A stretch of DNA of 62,975 nt, counting the filler, from Squatina squatina (taxonomy: Eukaryota), in the NCBI GenBank assembly GCA_031763465.1. It is 3 parts of 3 records of this genome, joined end to end, with 100 filler letters (N's around TTAATTAATTAA, not from the genome) between each part and the next. Parts side by side here need not be neighbours in the genome. Positions count along the whole stretch, not along the records: positions 1 to 31,356 come from JARFOE010000001.1; positions 31,457 to 45,633 come from JARFOE010000046.1; 1 more part is not named here. The stretch is one strand, 5' to 3'. The notes under the pieces are model-generated. The model made no database searches, was not told the origin of the DNA, and worked only from the letters and a program-made list of their open reading frames with translations. Shown here piece after piece: positions 23,290 to 35,164 of this stretch (positions within the stretch are counted from its first letter, which is position 1; every line of letters starts with the position of its first letter). A program made the translations under genes and the position numbers.

Positions 23290-26289
23290 NNNNNNNNNNN
23301 NNNNNNNNNNNNNNNNNNNNNNNNNNNNNNNNNNNNNNNNNNNNNNNNNNNNNNNNNNNNNNNNNNNNNNNNNNNNNNNNNNNNNNNNNCCACTGTCGCT
23401 TTCTGATTATTCTTGATTATGCTAGTGGGTATTGTGGCCCTATGTGGACAAAAAGTAGGAAACTTCCTAATGCCCTACGCTGTTATGCTGAACGATTTTA
23501 ACTGCTTAAAGTCCAGCAATATCCCTAGGCACACTTGGGAGTCCTTAGGTCATGGCTCTTGCCAATGAGTGTTGAGCTCTTTGGGTCAGGTAATTGGGTG
23601 CATCTCTCTGGGGGGAGTGGGTGCACTTCTTATCAGGCAAATTGAAGTTCTACCTGTGTGGATTTCTTAGTAGGTTCACTTAGAGACTCTTTAAGAATTT
23701 TCACACATATCAAATACATAGCTGACCAAAAAAATACAGTAAATGCAAGACCATAGAAGAACCAGCTTAGTTGGTAACCTTATTTGGTATTCTCACTTAC
23801 GCCATTCTGAAATTGTAACAAAGGGACAATAATCCTGGCAAAAATGGTGCTGTTGAGCAGGGGATAATGATGTTTTTTTCTGAAGAATGTAGGTAGAGTT
23901 CAACATTTTCAATTGCTTACATCTTCTCTGACCATAGAAACCCATACTAAATAATGAAATGGAAAATATTGGGTTCTTCAGAAATGTTGTGCCTCTTCTT
24001 AATTAGCAGGAAATAATTGCAATCTTCAATTACAACATCTTGTATTCTCACCAGGGTTATTTATGTAAATGTAGCCAATTGTAAATGAACATTTTGCATC
24101 ACTGGCAACCCTCAGGAGACATTCTCGATTATCCTTCATATCAAGGCAAAAAGCAACAAAAAAATACATTGCTAGAGAACATAATTATTTAGACTTGTTT
24201 TCAATTAAAGAAACCTTCATTATAATAGGACTCTTTTACTTTTTCTCTTACTTATAAAGAAAAATATATGTCGAAGGTGATATGAGCTCTTAATATGAAT
24301 AAAATGTCTACAATAATGGTTTTTATCAGGGAGTAAAACAATCAAAATCTGTCCACGAGTCAATATACTCTTCTGTATCTATAGGTGAGAGTCAAGGAGT
24401 GGGTTTACCATACACTTCATGTTTTATTCAGGGATACCAGTTATCCATAAAATCCAACACAGAGGCTGCAATCTTTCAACACCCTTTCCAAGAATTGAGG
24501 AAATAATCTGTCAATTTAGCAGAAGGCTAAGCTCAGACATCAAGTCAATAAAATACATTCTTAATTAGTGAGGCCTGCATGAGGGAAAATGTCAAAGCCG
24601 TTTGCAAAAAAAAACATAAATCAATATTAAATTTGGCACCATTCAATAGTGACTTGGAAACACAGAAACTATTCATATGCCAAGCCTGCCCCCAACAGGC
24701 TGTTGACAGATACTATTTGCAATTATTTAGTCAAGATTTTGTGACTTTTAGTTTTCTATCAGTTTAAATGGTCTTAAACTCTTAAGAATCCGTAACCAAA
24801 TTGGTCATTGTCTAGCTATAAATCAAAGAAGCCCTTACNNNNNNNNNNNNNNNNNNNNNNNNNNNNNNNNNNNNNNNNNNNNNNNNNNNNNNNNNNNNNN
24901 NNNNNNNNNNNNNNNNNNNNNNNNNNNNNNNNNNNNNNTCGATTTATGTTGATTGTTAATGGTAACCTGGTAAAATTACAAGTCTTGTTCTGTAATCTGC
25001 CGTTAAAATTAATACTATTTGTCTGACATTTCACAGCACAATTTTTAGCTTCAAACCGCATCAAGAATCTTACGTCAAAGAAACAGACGACCAGGCTGCA
25101 CCAGAGAGTAAGGAAAACCAATTTCAAACAATGGTCCAGTATCCTACATTAGAAAAGATAAAGATACAAGATAACTTCGACCTTAATTTAAGACAGTAAT
25201 CCAATACTGGAGCTCATGTGATCTTCATAATGCACTCAAACTTTGTCAAAGTCATTTGCGTCACCTCCACTAGAAGACTGTATACTGCCTTCTTTTCACT
25301 CAGAAGGGTAGGTTATCCTTGTTGTATGCACACTGTGTCAACCACACGCAGTCCAATTACAGATTCTGCATTTGGAGATTTACTCCATCTGCTTTTATGG
25401 CCACGATATTTTGTTCACCCACCTATCGCCAATCTTATATTTCAATATTTGTGAAATCTTGCCTCTAAAAAAACTACAATATTTCTGTTCAAATTAAGTT
25501 TTATTAAGATTAATCAATAATATCCATAGACAGATTAGTTCTGTGTAAATTGATACACAGGATATTTTAACATTAAACCAGTTTCCTCATTTATTTCAAG
25601 TTATAAATTTCAATAAAATGTCACATATTCTCCAAATTTATGCTTTAAATGGCCTTTAGTCAATGAAACTGTTTCTATAACCATTCCACCCAGGGGTAAC
25701 ATGAAGCTAAAGAACAGTAGACACACTGTGAACTCCTGTCACTGACTGAAGCAATTCTTAATTATTATTTTTGTCATAATTTCTCTATGCAAGCTAAGCA
25801 ACCGATCAACCTGACAAAAGCATCTGGAGGCAATTAAGGGGATTGGAAGTCATTATTAATTAAAACCTGAAATAGAAGTGTTTTATTAGACTGAAATAGA
25901 AGAGGTAAGAGGTTTGACATTTCAAAGGGCAGGCGTGGGAATAACTTGATATATGTTTAGGACTGACGCCAGCACAGGCTGCGTTGTTGAGCAAATAGTG
26001 AGCCATACCATTCGCTAAAGCATTTCCTGAGAGATAAAATATGGTAAATTTAATCTTTTCCTGTTCTGTAGCTAAATTTAGTTAAAATACTTATCTGTGG
26101 AACTTCACAGTGATCACCTTTTATGACAGAATGACTAAAGTAACATCGAGAAATAAACCATGAAAACATCCTGTTTTTAATTTGTGAATACAGTATATTC
26201 TTCAGAAAACTCATACTTTAGCTTAAACTAAGACTATCACCTGAAAGCCATTTAGTAGTTCTGCTGAGGTTCCCATTCACAGAACCCAA

Positions 26290-26475
26290 TTTCAAATCAC
26301 AGTCTCATCTGTCACTTTAATTCAGCACTTCATTCCCATTCTGACCTTTGCCTTTGGCCTGTTACACTGTTCCAATGAAACTCAATGCAAGCTCAAGGAA
26401 CAGCACCTCAGCTTTCAATTAGGCACTTAACAGCCTTCTGGATTTAACACTGAGTTCAACAATTTCAGAGCATAA
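26290..26475 (+). mobile_element. Penelope-like element GIY-YIG endonuclease C-terminus, degenerate
   Basis: The translation FGLLHCSNETQCKLKEQHLSFQLGT*QPSGFNTEFNNFRA* matches the PLE C-terminal 'RKLEEQHLIFRLGTLQP.G.N.EF' motif. Confidence 0.8.
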
Positions 26476-28329
26476 CCTCTGCTCTCTTTTTTTCCTTTTC
26501 ATTTTTAAATTAAANNNNNNNNNNNNNNNNNNNNNNNNNNNNNNNNNNNNNNNNNNNNNNNNNNNNNNNNNNNNNNNNNNNNNNNNNNNNNNNNNNNNNN
26601 NNNNNNNNNNNNNNTAACGAGATGTCTTCGGAAATATCTACAAGCAGTTGGAAGAAAATAATTTAGATATGCCAGTCGGTGTGTTCTGACCTTTAGCCAT
26701 TAGCACGTCCCATGCTGTTTCCCTCACTTGACTCACACATGCTTTAAGCCAAAGTCATCTTTCTGGCATTCACATAAATATTTGTCCAAGTTCCCCAGGC
26801 TCAGACGCTTAACTGGCACCAAGCTCTGAGGCACAATCTCAAGCAAACTCATCTATCTCTCGCCTTTCCTCTCTCTCCCTCTTTCTCTAACACACTCCCT
26901 CAATCTTGTATCAGCTCAGTTGTTCTTTTTCTCTTGCCAGTTCAGTAAAGCTGGCGAGAATAGATATAGTGCATTTTTATGATTTAAGAAACGTCTATAA
27001 ACTTAAAGAATTATAAAATTGATTAATTGTCACAGACATATAAATATTTCAGGTCATATTTTGCACATATGTTCCTCCAAATGAGTATTCTTTGGGCAAT
27101 TTACCAAGTTATAATACAAGCAGAGAAGAGCAGGTGCAAACTACCAAATCTCAGGAATTTTAAATCATCGTTCCTGCTGGAGCTGAGCACGCAATGTGAT
27201 GATTTAAATAATGCCAATTTTAAAAAAAAATTCACCAGATGCCAATTTTTGTGAAATAACTAAGAAAAGGGTTTTATTGTGTGAAATATCTGTGGCATGT
27301 TACATTATAACTGGATAGCAGAAGTACATTTTGGTAACTGCTCTATTAAAGTACCTATATTTAGCAAACTTTTCTGAAGTCCTGCAATGTAGCCATGTCA
27401 CTGTTTTGCTTCAGTCACCACTACCTATTTCTAGAAACATTTTTTTTGAGAAACATTTAAATTCATGCTGTTAATGTGTTGCTGGGTGGAAAACCGCAGT
27501 TGCTGAATCTTTAAAGGGTGAAAGCTGCCTTGTGAATTGTTATCTTATAACTTTGAAATATTTCTTTCCTAAAAAGCGGGATTATATTTATGAAGTAAAT
27601 AGAAAATTTCAATCACAAATATTTGATCGTTGCTACCTCGATGAAAGCAATCCCCCATAATAAGATCTTACATAGCCTAATTGCTAAGAATGAATTGAGC
27701 TAGGCTCACTATAAGGTTTTGAAAAGAGGTCATTGTGCTAACCTTAGAACCACAGCGTCTGTAAATTGTGACTGCATGCCAGCCTTTTTATTAGCAAAGC
27801 TATAAACCATGAACGTGCATGTTCCTATGTTTATTTAAAATAGAATTAAAGGTTAACTATGATTTCTGTACATTTTCCAGCCAGTGGAATTATTTAACAC
27901 CTTAAAAGAACACTGCGTCTTTTTGTTTCAGGTTATATTTTAAAACCATTAAAGGTGTAATTTTCCTAAACCTAATCCTAAAAAAATTATTACACAAATT
28001 GAAACAAAGCCAAAGCTGTTGAAGAGTGTCAATATGTACTTTTTGGGTTGTTTAGGTACAAAGCTTAGATAGGTGGGCAAAATGTAACCTTTTCTGAGCT
28101 GAACAGTTAAAGACCCTTCTATTTGAGGATTCACCCTTCCTATTTCAAGTGCAATCATGATCAACAATGCCTTCATAGTGTTCAACATCCCTCTCAGTAT
28201 TTCCTGCAATCTACACTCTACCATACACACTCTCAACCTATTTCATCAGTTGCACCAATTCAATCTATATTATACCTCTTCTGGTTCTCAGTTCACAAAA
28301 TATTGAGGAAGCCCATTTGGTCCATTTTG

Positions 28330-29105
28330 CTTTTTCTGAAGGATATTAGCAAACCAGTTGAATCCGTCAAGGATCCATCCTTAGCCTCCTGTTTTCCTTC
28401 TCTACATCTGTTTCTTGGTGACTCCCTCCAGACACATACAGTCAGGTTCCACAGATATACTGATTATGCCCAACTCTACCTCTCTACCACCTCTCTCAAC
28501 TCCTCCATTGCCTCTGTGCTGTCAGATTGCTTGACGAACTTCCAATGCTGCAATTTCCTTCTGCTAAATGTTGGAAAGACTGAAGTCATCAATTTCAGCC
28601 CCAGCCACAAAATCTATACCCTTGCCACTGACTCCATCCCTCTACCGAACCAGTGTCTCAGGCTTTACCAGACTGTTTGCAACTTCAGCCTCCTATTCAA
28701 ATCCAAGCTAAGCTTCCAACCCCACATCCTTTTCATCGCAAAAGCTGCTTACTTGCACCTCCGCATCACTCACTTCTGCCCCTACTTCAGCCCATATGCT
28801 GTTGAAACTCTCAGTCATGTCTCTGGCATCTCCAGACTTGACTATTCCAAAGTTCTCCTGGCCGACCTCCAATTCTCCACCCTCTGTAAACTTCAGCTCA
28901 TCCAAAACTCTGTTGCCAATACCCTACATTGCCCTGTACCACATTAAGTACCGCTCACCAGTCATCCCTACCTTCACTGGCCTACATTGGCTCCCATCTC
29001 TCAATGCTTCAAAATTAAAATTCTCATCCCCTGTTTAAATCCCTTTATGACTTTACTCCTTCAAATCTGTGTAACCTCATCCAGTCCTACAACAAACCCT
29101 CCCGA
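28330..29105 (+). mobile_element. L2 LINE reverse transcriptase/C-terminal fragment (inactive)
   Basis: ORF 28123-28947 contains FHRYTDYAQLYLS (YADD decayed to YTDY), LLLNVGKTE, ISRLDYS and KLQLIQN, followed by LHWLP, all characteristic of L2 ORF2. Confidence 0.9.
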
Positions 29106-29281
29106 CCGAAGTGNNNNNNNNNNNNNNNNNNNNNNNNNNNNNNNNNNNNNNNNNNNNNNNNNNNNNNNNNNNNNNNNNNNNNNNNNNNNNNNNNNNNNNN
29201 NNNNNNNNNNNNNATAGTCAACAAAAAAAATTTCTGATGTCAAATTTTAAAAAACTGTCTTTAATCATTTTTTTTTTCCAG

Positions 29282-29593
29282 ATTGAAGCTGGACAGTACT
29301 GCACATTTGCAATTTCAGAAGATGGTTCTGTAAAGGCTTGTGGGAAAGGTAGCTATGGCAGGCTTGGACTGGGTGACTCTAACAATCAGTCAGCACCAAA
29401 AAAGCTTACGTTTGAACCTCATCGCAGCATCCGTAAAATTTCATCCTCGAAAGGTTCAGATGGACACACGCTAGCAATGACTACAGAAGGAGATATATTC
29501 AGCTGGGGAGATGGCGATTATGGGAAACTAGGACATGGAAATAGCGCGACACAAAAATATCCAAAGCTGATTCAAGGGCCATTACTAGGAAAG
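29282..29593 (+). CDS. HERC1: HERC1 or HERC1-like E3 ubiquitin ligase, internal exon in RCC1-like domain 1
   Basis: Acceptor 'ttttttttccag|', then 312 nt (104 codons) IEAGQYCTFAISEDGSVKACGKGSYGRLGLGDSNNQ...SSSKGSDGHTLA...WGDGDYGKLGHGNSATQKYPKLIQGPLLGK, then donor '|gtactg'. Matches recalled HERC1 RLD1. Confidence 0.92.
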
Positions 29594-30014
29594 GTACTGG
29601 CTAAAATTTAAATTAACCTTGGAGAAAATGTTTCTATTTTTACAAAATTCTGCATTTGACCTATACATTTTGTTTAAAGTGTAATTCTGTTTTGCCTAAC
29701 AGGTGACTATTTGAATTGGGCACAACTTGCTGCATTATATATGTAAAATGAACACTCTTCAAACAGATTCATAAATAGTTCAACAGAAATAAATGTTCTC
29801 TAGCAATTTGAAAAAAAATTTCAATTCAGCATGGTTTGCAAAAGCTCCATGCTTAGCTTTGGCAGTGCACATTGTACTATGTTTTCAGTGTCTGTGCCCT
29901 TTAATAATAAAAACNNNNNNNNNNNNNNNNNNNNNNNNNNNNNNNNNNNNNNNNNNNNNNNNNNNNNNNNNNNNNNNNNNNNNNNNNNNNNNNNNNNNNN
30001 NNNNNNNNNNNNNN

Positions 30015-30098
30015 TCTTGTGTGGGACCTTATCAAAAGCCTTCTGAAAATCCAAATACACCACATCCACTGGTTTCCCCCTTATCTACTCTGCTAGTT
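30015..30098 (-). mobile_element. CR1 LINE RT fragment in the HERC1 intron
   Basis: Translates as DVVYLDFQKAFDKVPHK, a CR1 RT motif. Confidence 0.85.
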
Positions 30099-31035
30099 AC
30101 ATCCATATGCACCTTGGAGGAGGGTGGTGGTGTGGGGTAAGAGTACATCTGAAAAAATGCAAGGTATTTTCACAGTGTTGGCTGTGGGGCAGGCTAACCA
30201 CAGATCCATTAGAGAGCTGAACACTGGATGCTATAAAGGAAAGCAACCGGGTTGGTGGTTGTTCAGGGACAAAGTCCAGGAGAGCGGTACTGGCCAAGAC
30301 ACTTTTTTTTAATTAAATTTACTTATAAACATTAACATTTACCTTTACTTTGTTTTTACCAACATAGCTGCTGGCTAACACCATGGAGGTTCAAAAATTT
30401 GGTCTGCTCCATAGAGTTACTGTGTGGCCATTAATTCTCTGTATACTATGCAGCAGTTATTTTAGCATTGAAACCACATCACAGTGCCAATGGGACACTG
30501 CAGCTAAATTACATTTTTTTTTATTGTAATGAATTTTGCAACAGACTTGGGGGTTCAGTTTGAAATGGAATGTTGTGACCCACTTAGCATTTTAAGAAAT
30601 ACTGCAATAGATAATGCATGAAATTGAAGAACTACTGTTAGTAATGTTTAGAACTAAACACTAGGATCTGAGTGAGAGCAGCCTGTTGACTTCTGTTCTT
30701 AGCTTTCAGTTCCTCTTCTGGAGTCGGAAGACCACGCTTCCACTTGGATCTAGCCACAGTGATGTGATAGAGGAATTTAGCTCCATGGGAGAATCAGATC
30801 TTATTTGGTTCACTTTGTGGTGCTGTCCATTATGCTGCAATGTGCTGCCTTTTTTGTGGAATTAAAATAAATGTAGAATTGCCAACATTGAAAAAAAATG
30901 GTAAAAATTTCAAAGCACATTTTCAAATTTTAATTTTAAGCTTGCTAAATTTTCAATTGCAGAATATGTCTGTCATTGCACAAAAGTTTATATAGCCTGC
31001 TAGTATTTAATTTGTCTGCTTCTTGTAAACTTTAG

Positions 31036-31179
31036 GACATAGCGACAGCCATAGTCGTAATTTACCAGCTCTTGTTAAGGATATCAGTAGTGTTGGCCAA
31101 ATAGCTTGTGGCAGCTCCCATACTATTGCTGTGTCTCAGGATGGACGGACAGTGTGGTCATTCGGAGGGGGAGACAATG
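31036..31179 (+). CDS. HERC1: HERC1 or HERC1-like, further RLD1 exon (not in the ORF track)
   Basis: Acceptor 'ctttag|', then 144 nt (phase 1-1) (G)HSDSHSRNLPALVKDISSVGQIACGSSHTIAVSQDGRTVWSFGGGDN(G), then donor '|gtaagc'. Confidence 0.92.
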
Positions 31180-31239
31180 GTAAGCTATGTCCACCTTAAT
31201 TTTTTGTTCGGCAGAAATGTTGGAACTTTTGGAACTTGT

Positions 31240-31356
31240 GCACATGAATTCATTCAAATCTTTAAAGGTGGCAGGACAAGTTGATAAGGCTGTTTAAAAA
31301 AAAAAGCATGCAGGATCTGTGACTGTATAAATAGAGGCATAGCCTACAAAAGCTAG
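31240..31356 (+). mobile_element. CR1 LINE RT C-terminal fragment
   Basis: 'aaggtggcaggacaagttgataaggctgtttaaaaa...ataaatagaggcatag' is nearly identical to 53240-53320. Confidence 0.75.
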
Positions 31357-31456
31357 NNNNNNNNNNNNNNNNNNNNNNNNNNNNNNNNNNNNNNNNNNNN
31401 TTAATTAATTAANNNNNNNNNNNNNNNNNNNNNNNNNNNNNNNNNNNNNNNNNNNN
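31357..31456. other. Artificial scaffold linker N44-TTAATTAATTAA-N44
   Basis: A 12-mer with stops in all six frames is centred in a 100-nt N block. The identical construct occurs at 45634-45733. Confidence 0.9.
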
Positions 31457-31821
31457 AATTTACTCAAAATGAAGAAATGAATCAGGATGCGTTTTTCTTT
31501 GGCATATAAGAGTTCTCTAACAATTATTTTTATTTTAAATTAGTGGATGTTTTTATATTGAAAAACAGTGGCATTAATGATTCTCTAGATTACAGTTAAA
31601 AGGCACAACACAAATTATTTTAGTACACTGTTGAATATATAATTAAAAGTGTGCATCAGAATTTATTTCACAAGGGTTTTTACCATAATTAAAAGTGAAA
31701 AAAGTAATAGAAGGTTAAACTAAGAAAAATCAAAATATGAGAATAATTTTGTTTGGGACATGTAGAACAAGCATTCCAGTAGGGATTTTAATTTGGAGGC
31801 TTCAGTATTCATGAAACTCAC

Positions 31822-31959
31822 CTCATCACAAGGAGCGATCCTACGGATCATGTCCTTTAGATGTCCAATCATTCTCTCATCCCGAAAATCAGAAGGGAAA
31901 GTTTCTGTCCATTCAGTCAACAGCTGCATTATCTTAGGTCCAAATTTTCTAATTCGTAC
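31822..31959 (-). CDS. RASGEF1C: RasGEF domain family member 1C, internal exon (REM/N-terminal RasGEF region)
   Basis: Acceptor 'gagtttag|', then 138 nt VRIRKFGPKIMQLLTEWTETFPSDFRDERMIGHLKDMIRRIAPCDE, then donor '|gtgagt'. LLTEWTETFP marks the RASGEF1 family; 'KFGPK', 'IGHLKD' and 'RIAPCDE' match recalled RASGEF1C rather than 1A or 1B. Confidence 0.85.
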
Positions 31960-33039
31960 CTAAACTCCAGCAAAAAAGGTAGAATTAAAGTGAAGATAAA
32001 ACTCCAGGGCTCAAATATCTGCAGAGCTTCGATCCTAGCTGATGTCCCAGGCCCCTGGCACCTCCACCACTGACCCTATCAGTGTCTAAGGGATCAGGAG
32101 GAAGTTTATTAATATGAAGTTGTGGGCACTCATGTCACTAAGGCATATCTTGGACCAGAGCTGGGGTTGCTTGAAGTAGGGGACGCCAGTCACACGTGAA
32201 AGTGTGGTTGAATCAGGAACTGAATTTTATATATGGTAACCCGAGTCTTCAGGGGCTCAGGCCTAGACCCAACCCTTTACTCTCAGGTAGGCCTCACTTT
32301 TGCTGACTGGCTGATATGCTCTTCTCACTTGGCGCACTGGCTGTCTGGCTGTCTGGCAGATCCTAGGCCTCGGACAAAGAAACTCTTCTCCTGGGAGTCA
32401 CCTCTCCTGATATGAATGACCTGGTTTGGGGTGGACGGAGGTTCCGCCCCAAACAATGCCCAATGAATACTGACAGCATCTAATTTGCAGGCCTTCCACT
32501 GGACTTCAGTCTGACTTACAGCAGGAATGAACTGGAAATTCATGGCCACAGCATCAAAGAATGGAACGTGAAAATTATCTATCCTAGTTAATTGTGTGTG
32601 AATTTTGTTATCAAATAGTGTAACTTCTATCCAGTATCTGCACTTGGGTATTGTCTTTCTCCAAGAAAAAGATCACAACTCCTTCTGACAACTTAAAAAA
32701 AAACATACTGAACATATATTGTAAAACATCATGAGTAAATCCTGCATTAATACAGCCCATGCAAATTTTTCATTATCTGTACACAATTAGTAAAATCGAT
32801 CACTATAACGAGAGAATGTAGAAAGAAGAAGGGGCTATTGTGATATCACAATTGGTTTAAACCTCTGTCTGCCCGACACCCATATCCCTCTCCTCCCTCC
32901 AGCAGAATGGGATAAATCAGTTGCTGGCAGATTCCTCTTTGGCACAGTTTGCTGCATTCCGCTCTGTGATAGTGTGTCACATTTACAGTGACAAGCAATA
33001 ATGAAGATAACCTATCAAGATTCTAACATGTTTGCACAC

Positions 33040-33260
33040 TTACCATGGCAACCTTGCGTAGGCCCAAACATTTCGTGTGCACCAGCTGCCAAGTACAAGC
33101 CACAGGAGTGACTGCACTTACACAGTCTGTCACTGCCACCGATGCTGCTCTGGCCCTCCCATCCGAATGGACCCACCTATCTGTAGGACTTCCTGCAACA
33201 GGACCTCCAAAGCCTGACTGCTCGACCGGGGCCGCTGTGTCCCCAATATTGTTTTGGCCT
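33040..33260 (-). mobile_element. Degenerate Harbinger Myb/SANT-like ORF remnant
   Basis: The minus strand gives QALEVLLQEV and, in another frame, TWQLVHTKCLGLRKVAM|gtaag. This parallels the Myb/SANT ORF at 5040-5145. Confidence 0.45.
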
Positions 33261-34128
33261 TAAAATGATGCACACATTTTAGGGCAGCCAGTACTCCTCC
33301 TCGACTGTGTCCGGTCCATTTCCCGCACCTCTGCCCTCACNNNNNNNNNNNNNNNNNNNNNNNNNNNNNNNNNNNNNNNNNNNNNNNNNNNNNNNNNNNN
33401 NNNNNNNNNNNNNNNNNNNNNNNNNNNNNNNNNNNNNNNNAAGTTGATGGCTAAAGCCACTGGTATTAAACATACTTGTAGAAGTCAATGTTTGTGGCAT
33501 GCCTTCCTGTGAAGAGAGACAGAAAGATCCATGAGAGACAAGTAAAAACAAATGTTATTTATTTGCATAACTGCCTTTAGAAAAACTCACCACACAATAC
33601 ATAATTTTTCTTTTAAATTGATCAGCCAAAGTGCTTTAATACCACACATTTGTCACAATATTAATTTTCCTCCTCTACAACTAACTTTGAATCACAAAAG
33701 CATTCACGGTTATGAACAATCTCCTTCCTATTCCTCCCATTGGCTGTCAACTATTCAAATGAGAAAAATGAGAAGACTTTGCCGATGCAACTTTGCTTTT
33801 GTCTGTTTCTGCCATATCAGATATTTGTCAAACTATTAAGTTCCTAGAATGCTTATTACCAAAAGGATCAAAGTTGCTTTTGAATATTTGTACATTTGGA
33901 AATCCAGAGTTATGAAAAGGCTTCCCGTGTCATAATTATCTATATATTTTTCCTAAATTTACTTTTGCAAATTATTTTCCATCCTTCGTCCAATGAAAAT
34001 GCTCAGCTACAGTTAAGCAACCAAATGTNNNNNNNNNNNNNNNNNNNNNNNNNNNNNNNNNNNNNNNNNNNNNNNNNNNNNNNNNNNNNNNNNNNNNNNN
34101 NNNNNNNNNNNNNNNNNNNNNNNNNNNN

Positions 34129-34311
34129 CACCCCCCGGGGTCGGGGATCGGATCTACCTGGTACTGCTATGGAGTGTTCCCCGCCCGACTGGAAGCCAAG
34201 CCTATCAATCAGGCTGACTTCTGGGCAGGGCACCTGCCAGGGACAAAGGATGTACACTGTGCAGAACTCCGCCCCCTGCCTATATAACACGCACCTGTTA
34301 ATATCCAGGCC
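34129..34311. mobile_element. Second copy (right part) of the MITE at 19156-19456
   Basis: It shares 'aagccaagcct(a/g)tcaa(a)tcaggctgacttctgggcag..acctg.ca.ggacaaa' and the right TIR GTTAATATCCAGGCC. Confidence 0.8.
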
Positions 34312-35038
34312 CATGTGTTTGTCACATCAAGGCACAGCAACGTGATCCAATCGCTCTGATCCCAGAAGTGCCGTCAATCAAGCTCTTGCCGTTCCTGCTC
34401 CTTCAGACTCCACAAATACCACATTCCTGTAGGTTTTGGGGCCTTTTTTGACTATTATCCAGTGGTGCCGCTAACCAGCCCAGGTTAAGCTGCTCAAGAC
34501 CCGGAAATAGCAGTCGGAGCTTGGGCTTCACATGCTCTGACTATTCCAGGTGAATTTCACAATCTGGGTCAGAAATGGGGCTGCGATTTTCAATGTAGAC
34601 CTCTTCATTTGTTAATCATGAAGAATGGTCAATTTAAAAATATCACATTCATGAATGAAGTGGCAGATCCATGTTAGTTGATATATATATTTATTGGTCT
34701 ACTCTTTATATGCCTTTACTTACTTTGAACATAGCAAATTATACTGATTGATTTTAGCCGATTAGAAACTTAGGCTCTAACTGGATGCTTTGCAAAAGGA
34801 AAATGATCAGGGACGTGTAGTACTGTCAGTTGGCACCTTCAGATATAAACTCTGCATCGGGAATTTGCTGCTCTTGTCCCAAAGAAATAACAGCCAAGCA
34901 CAACACAAAACAGGGCTAGCAGTGAGCTTTAACCGTATCCACACAAGGAATAAGACGCATAAAGAAAAAAAGGGCAGAAAATGAAAAGAAGCAACAGGAA
35001 TAGGTCACTGGATCAATTTACCGGCAACGTGCAGTCAC

Positions 35039-35164
35039 CCAGTTAATAGTAAATCAACATAGAGACTACCAATGGCATCCAACTGCTCCAGTTCACATTG
35101 GAACTCTGTCAACATTTCTTCCTGTAACAACTTTGATTTCACATACTCTATAAGCCGGGCATGA
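35039..35164 (-). CDS. Possible unidentified coding exon (HARLIEYVKSKLLQEEMLTEFQCELEQLDAIGSLYVDLLLT)
   Basis: Acceptor 'tttcggttgcag|', 126-nt symmetric open frame, weak donor 'gg|gtgact'. The peptide looks helical but no family is recognised. Confidence 0.3.

Noticed and set aside
28123-28947. Longest ORF (274 aa) as a host gene or active reverse transcriptase
   Set aside because: It is a decayed L2 ORF2 fragment. The catalytic YADD is YTDY and the N-terminal part is non-coding read-through.
31401-31412. TTAATTAATTAA palindrome as a biological motif (also 45678-45689)
   Set aside because: It is exactly centred in 44+44 Ns twice and has stops in all six frames, so it is an assembly linker.
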